Assembly: GCA_002633005.1 (NCBI GenBank)
Contig: NMRA01000163.1
Location: forward strand, 432,203-496,202
Length of the DNA: 64,000 nt
Origin: Phoronis australis
Taxonomy: Eukaryota > Animalia > Phoronida
Direction: 5' to 3'
Part shown: piece by piece, positions 59,838 through 64,000 of the stretch
How the letters are laid out: the number at the start of each line of letters is the position of its first letter
Position numbering within the stretch: position 1 is the stretch's first letter
Translations under genes and position numbers: made by a program
Notes under the pieces: model-generated
Database searches by the model: none
The model's input: only the letters and a program-made list of their open reading frames with translations
What the model was told of the DNA's origin: nothing

Positions 59838-62164
59838 ACTGAAGGTCTGAATGATTTTGAGCTAGACACTGCAAGTTCACAAGTCTGATTGGTACATGTA
59901 ATCTAGTTCCAGTCCAAAAGTTTCAGGTCACTTGGTGTCATGGGTCATTAAGTGCATTTTTCTTCTGAAATTTTGACCTTGTCTGCAATTCAGCATAAAG
60001 TTCTGCTGTTGTGCACAAGCTACCGGAAATGTTGCAAACTTTCCGTAAAATCTCACTCGCACATGGTCGTTATTGTCACATTCTGACAATAATCTTTCTA
60101 GTTACATTGTGTATTATGTTCTTTTTCTGCTAGAAATATGGGTTACGGGTCAGAAATTATATACCGTGGTATGAGTCAAGTGTTTTACAGTGCCGGCATG
60201 TTCAGTGTGAGCACACAACTCCAGCCCTAGAAAGCCAACTCCCGCACGTGGCCTACATGTACAGTTGTATGTATTCTATTATTAGAACTTGCAAACTTAC
60301 TCCGAGATTAGCCGCGAGAGTTTGCACTGGGAATTTCCGGCTGCCTGCTCGACTGAGTTTTGATCTCGAGTTGTAGTTATCAAACCAAGCCTGATTCCAT
60401 TGCTTCATTTTCATTTTCATTCTGTTATAATTGTTCATCAAGCGAGACTCTTTAGGTACAGTTACATATAAAAAGCGATTTCTCGGTAAAGTTAGTCAAC
60501 AAACCTCGACCATTACACTGATCATTCTTTATAAGCACTGACCTGTGGACCTGTGTGGGTGCCGGGAGTAGCTCTAGTTGTAAAACCGCTTTCGACAACC
60601 TGCCAGGAGTTTTTAACAAGATATTTTGAGGTGTTGAAATCATGCTAAGGAAAAAAGTTAGATTTTGGCAGCTCTCACAGTCAGACTATATGAAAAGAAA
60701 TTGGCGCGAAATGCTTGCCTCCTAAAACGTCACTTCCGGAAGAGCGGACGAGTAATTAATAAAATTACGAAAAGCTGTAATTAAATGGAAAATATGTCTA
60801 GGATAACCAACCAACCTTATTTTAGCTCAAAATGACGTGGAAAAAGGTTGCCTTCGCCTTTAACAACACCACTATCAAGCTAGATTTCATGCACGGAGGG
60901 ATACAGAAATTGAAACGAAATGAATTTCTTCCTGTTTCAACATGTGATGTGAAGACACATACATGTACATGTATCTTAAACTCTGCAAATACCTGGAGGC
61001 AAATGAAGGATGCCAGAATACACTGAGCGAGATAATAGCTACAGTGTATTAAAGAAAAGTTTGCCGCGGAAAACTATTCTCCAAACTGGCTTAGACAAAA
61101 ATTTGAAGAATTTTATGGAAGTAGCATAACTGTGTCGAGAAAGTCAAGAACAGGATCGACCAACACTGGTTTGGTCACAGGGAACGCTAAATTGCGCAAC
61201 AAAGAGGCTTTAACAAAAACATAGAAATTGCAGCAACGTTGATAGAAAATGAAGTTTTGTCTAGTGTACATGATACATCTAAGCCTAATAATCGTTTCAG
61301 ACCAAGAAAAAAAACGAACGTTGAGGTATTGCCATAGTTCACAGCAATAATTCATTGCCTCCGACATCAGTTTCTGTTGAGGTTGCAATGTGGCATGCAA
61401 AGAAGGTGCAAATGTCTGAAATCCGAATTGTATTGTACTGAAACGAGTTCATCTTGTTTTAGTCAAATACGTGATTGTTCGGTGCCTACAGCTTCTAAAG
61501 TGAATGAGTAGACATGAACCTCTAATGTAAGCAGTCTTTGCGTTTTGACATCTTGACCCTGGGTGTTATCCCCAATATGGTCATGACTAGTAATACGGAC
61601 GAGTACGTTATAATACAGTTTAGGCACTTGTTCAGATCTTAGACAAGGATAATGCCACCCTTAGGCTCCTCATGAAGGCGAGTGTGCATATGAGGTTAAA
61701 TCATGTTGAACGCTATCCCAATAGAAACATTGGTTCATTTGAGCTCCAACTGTTTTGATGTCTGGTCTCTCCTATCACAATGCATTTTGACGTGTTCCTG
61801 TTCAGTTTGTTCTCCACCTATGTCACCTGATTGAATAATGTGAACTTTTGTCTTGATAATGGTTTATAGTGAATAAACCGAATAGTTGATCAATATGTCA
61901 TTGTTTACATACGCGCTAATTTTAAAGTTCGTACTCATATTTTGGCCCAAAACAAGTGTGATGACACTTACATGTACTCTTGTTCCTTGTATTTATTAAA
62001 TTCAAATTTTATCAGAATTTCGCCACTGTCGCAGTGTGATTGTCATTTTCAGGTACGGTAGCAGTCATGTTGAGTATTTTATTTTTATAACACATTAATT
62101 AATCTTATGTTTTCACTTTAATTTCAGATTGCGAGCCAGTGATGATGAACGCTTATTTGTATCA

Positions 62165-62510
62165 TTAGTTGACAAGTTTTGGCAGTACTTGCAGAATGCA
62201 AAGAGCACCACAATTTGTTATGACATTGTCTGCATGTGGAACCAAAAACATCCGCAAAGATCCAGTCAATATTCCGAAGTTCTGAATTCTCTGAATGACC
62301 ATATCCCGTCTGACCTCTACTTGTCTTTGTGTTAGCTGAGTTTGATCCTTGGTGAAAGCTGGCAGAAATAGATGACAGTTGTACGAAGCAATTTCTTCGG
62401 AAATAACAAATCCTCCATCAGCCAATACACCACGATCCAACAAATCAAAAATCCTAGAGCGTTAGGTAATGATGTTGTCAGATGTGCGACCACCAAACGC
62501 CTTTGTTAGA
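62165..62510 (-). pseudogene. PIF/Harbinger (ISL2EU-like, DDE_Tnp_4) transposase C-terminal remnant
   Basis: AFGGRTSD..GVLADGGFVISEEIA..LFLPAFTKDQTQLTQRQVE..IQRIQNFGILTG..DNVITNCGALCIL; internal deletion and stops. Confidence 0.85.
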
Positions 62511-63051
62511 AATCCTCGATCAGCCAGTACACCATCACCACATTCTCACAAATACAAAAACCCCAGAGCGTTGGGTAATGATCTTGTCAGATGTGCGACC
62601 ACCAAACGCGCTTGATAGAAATCGTCGATCAGCTAGTACATGTACACCATCACCACATTCCCACAAATCAAAAAACCCTGAGCGTCGGTAGTGATCTTGT
62701 CAGATGTGCAACAACCAAACGCCCTTGTTAGAAATCCTCGATCAGTCAGTACACCATCACCACATTCCCACAAATACAAAAACCCAGAGCGTTGGGTAAT
62801 GATCCTGTCAGATGTGCGACAACCAAACGCCCTTGTTAGAAATCCTTGATCAGCCAGTACACCATCACCACATTCTCATAAATCCATAAACCCAGAGCCT
62901 TGGGTAATGATCTTGTCAGATGTGCGACCACCAAACGCACTTGTTAGAAATCCTCGATCAGCTAGTACAACATAACCACATTCCCACAAATCAAAAAACC
63001 CAGAGCGTTGGATAATGATCTTGTCAGATGTGCGACCACCAAACGCCCTTG
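62408..63051. repeat. ~108-bp minisatellite, about 6 units, derived from transposase coding sequence
   Basis: Anchor cagatgtgc at 62479, 62588, 62701, 62809, 62917, 63025. Confidence 0.93.
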
Positions 63052-63059
63052 ATATATAT

Positions 63060-64000
63060 TGTTATGGAGACTTTAGTTAAATTAGTACAAGTATTACTTC
63101 ATTATTTACTTTATTTACTTCATTTTAGTTCGCTTATTCAACTTTATAAGTCTAGTCACGCTATCGCCGTTATTCCGAGTGCCCTTTGTTGTATAGAAGT
63201 ATTTTAGTGCTGCCTCTAGCGGCGGGGGGCGTAGTTGTTTCCGCCATATTGTCATAGTTTGATCGAACTGTTGTCGGAAAATATATCGTTGAAATAGATT
63301 ATTATTGTTGTCTTTGGTCATCGTGAGGCCAGAGAATTGGTAGCAGAGCAAGGTTACAACGTTAAAAGAACTGTGGACGAATTAAGATCGGTCGTAAGCG
63401 CCAGACCTATGTTCCGGCAGACTCGGACGAAGAGATCACCCAGCTAAAAATGGCGAAAACCAAATGTAAGTCACTATTTACCAGACGTCGCCATCAGTTG
63501 TTAGACTCTTTGTATGACACTGAGACAAACTTTAGTGAACTCAAAACACTGAAAAATCATCTCCTAGACGCATATGAGAGCGTAATAGACGTCCTGGCCC
63601 GCCTGTCAGACTTGTATGCCAAAAGTGGTGATCATGCAAACGTAGACAAAATAAACAAAGAGACTGAAAAAATTGAAGAAGAATTTGACAGGGCGGAGAG
63701 CCAGTTCGAAACATGCGCTAGTGAAACCAGATCGGTTGTTGACAAAGCAGAACATTATGATTCCCAGCCCCCACAACACGCTGTTAAAGTCGAAAATAAA
63801 GCAAAACACAACACATCTCCCCCCTTGCCGGAGGTTTCATCCCGTCTATACCAAGGCCCTTTTACGGCTACTGAAGGTACCCAACTGTATGACGGTCTCG
63901 CTGACGATGAAATAGGTAGAGACATGTGGAAGCAACTGACAAGGGTGTCCATCCCGACTTTCAATGGCGACAAGAAAACATATGGTAGCTGGAAGGCAGC
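63060..64000 (+). mobile_element. BEL/Pao LTR retrotransposon 5' end (putative LTR ~63060-63358 plus gag)
   Basis: TGTTA.. start interrupts the minisatellite; open gag-like ORF follows; LTR 3' boundary uncertain. Confidence 0.8.
63450..64000 (+). CDS. BEL/Pao gag-like ORF, runs off the right edge
   Basis: MAKTKCKSLFTRRRHQLL...IGRDMWKQLTRVSIPTFNGDKKTYGSWKA; IPxFxGD..Y..W is typical of BEL/Pao gag; no stop in 183 codons; absent from the ORF track because it is unterminated. Confidence 0.85.
   Translation, partial: MAKTKCKSLFTRRRHQLLDSLYDTETNFSELKTLKNHLLDAYESVIDVLARLSDLYAKSGDHANVDKINKETEKIEEEFDRAESQFETCASETRSVVDKAEHYDSQPPQHAVKVENKAKHNTSPPLPEVSSRLYQGPFTATEGTQLYDGLADDEIGRDMWKQLTRVSIPTFNGDKKTYGSWKA

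Noticed and set aside
62408-63051. Tandem arrays here and at 32354-32834 as CRISPR-like
   Set aside because: Whole units are repeated with no unique spacers, the context is eukaryotic, there are no cas genes, and both are explained as duplicated coding sequence.

Overview
AT-rich animal genomic DNA (marine-invertebrate-like; spliceosomal introns, scaffold gaps). One host gene dominates: a minus-strand receptor (transmembrane) guanylyl cyclase of the natriuretic-peptide-receptor family. I assembled 17 phase-consistent GT-AG exons by hand (ATG at 53133 down to 660, about 830 codons). They encode a signal peptide, ANF-receptor ectodomain, one TM helix, a pseudokinase and the signalling helix; the cyclase domain lies off the left edge. 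Introns and upstream DNA are packed with transposon relics: tRNA-derived SINEs, Penelope-like elements with minimal hammerheads, Kolobok/THAP, Harbinger and EnSpm-like elements, LINE fragments, a solo LTR and a BEL/Pao 5' end. Four observations stand out. (1) Coding exon 2 is tandemly triplicated with its splice sites; one extra copy is frameshifted and one has regained frame. (2) A 1.5-kb non-coding Polinton/Maverick-like element (AGTAGT termini, about 530-bp TIRs, perfect 6-bp TSD) sits 437 bp upstream of the ATG. (3) The abundant TACATGTA octamer appears to be a TA->TA(CATG)TA insertion scar, consistent with transposon excision footprints. (4) A 108-bp minisatellite has been amplified from the catalytic core of a Harbinger transposase. 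All calls were made by eye; no database searches were run.
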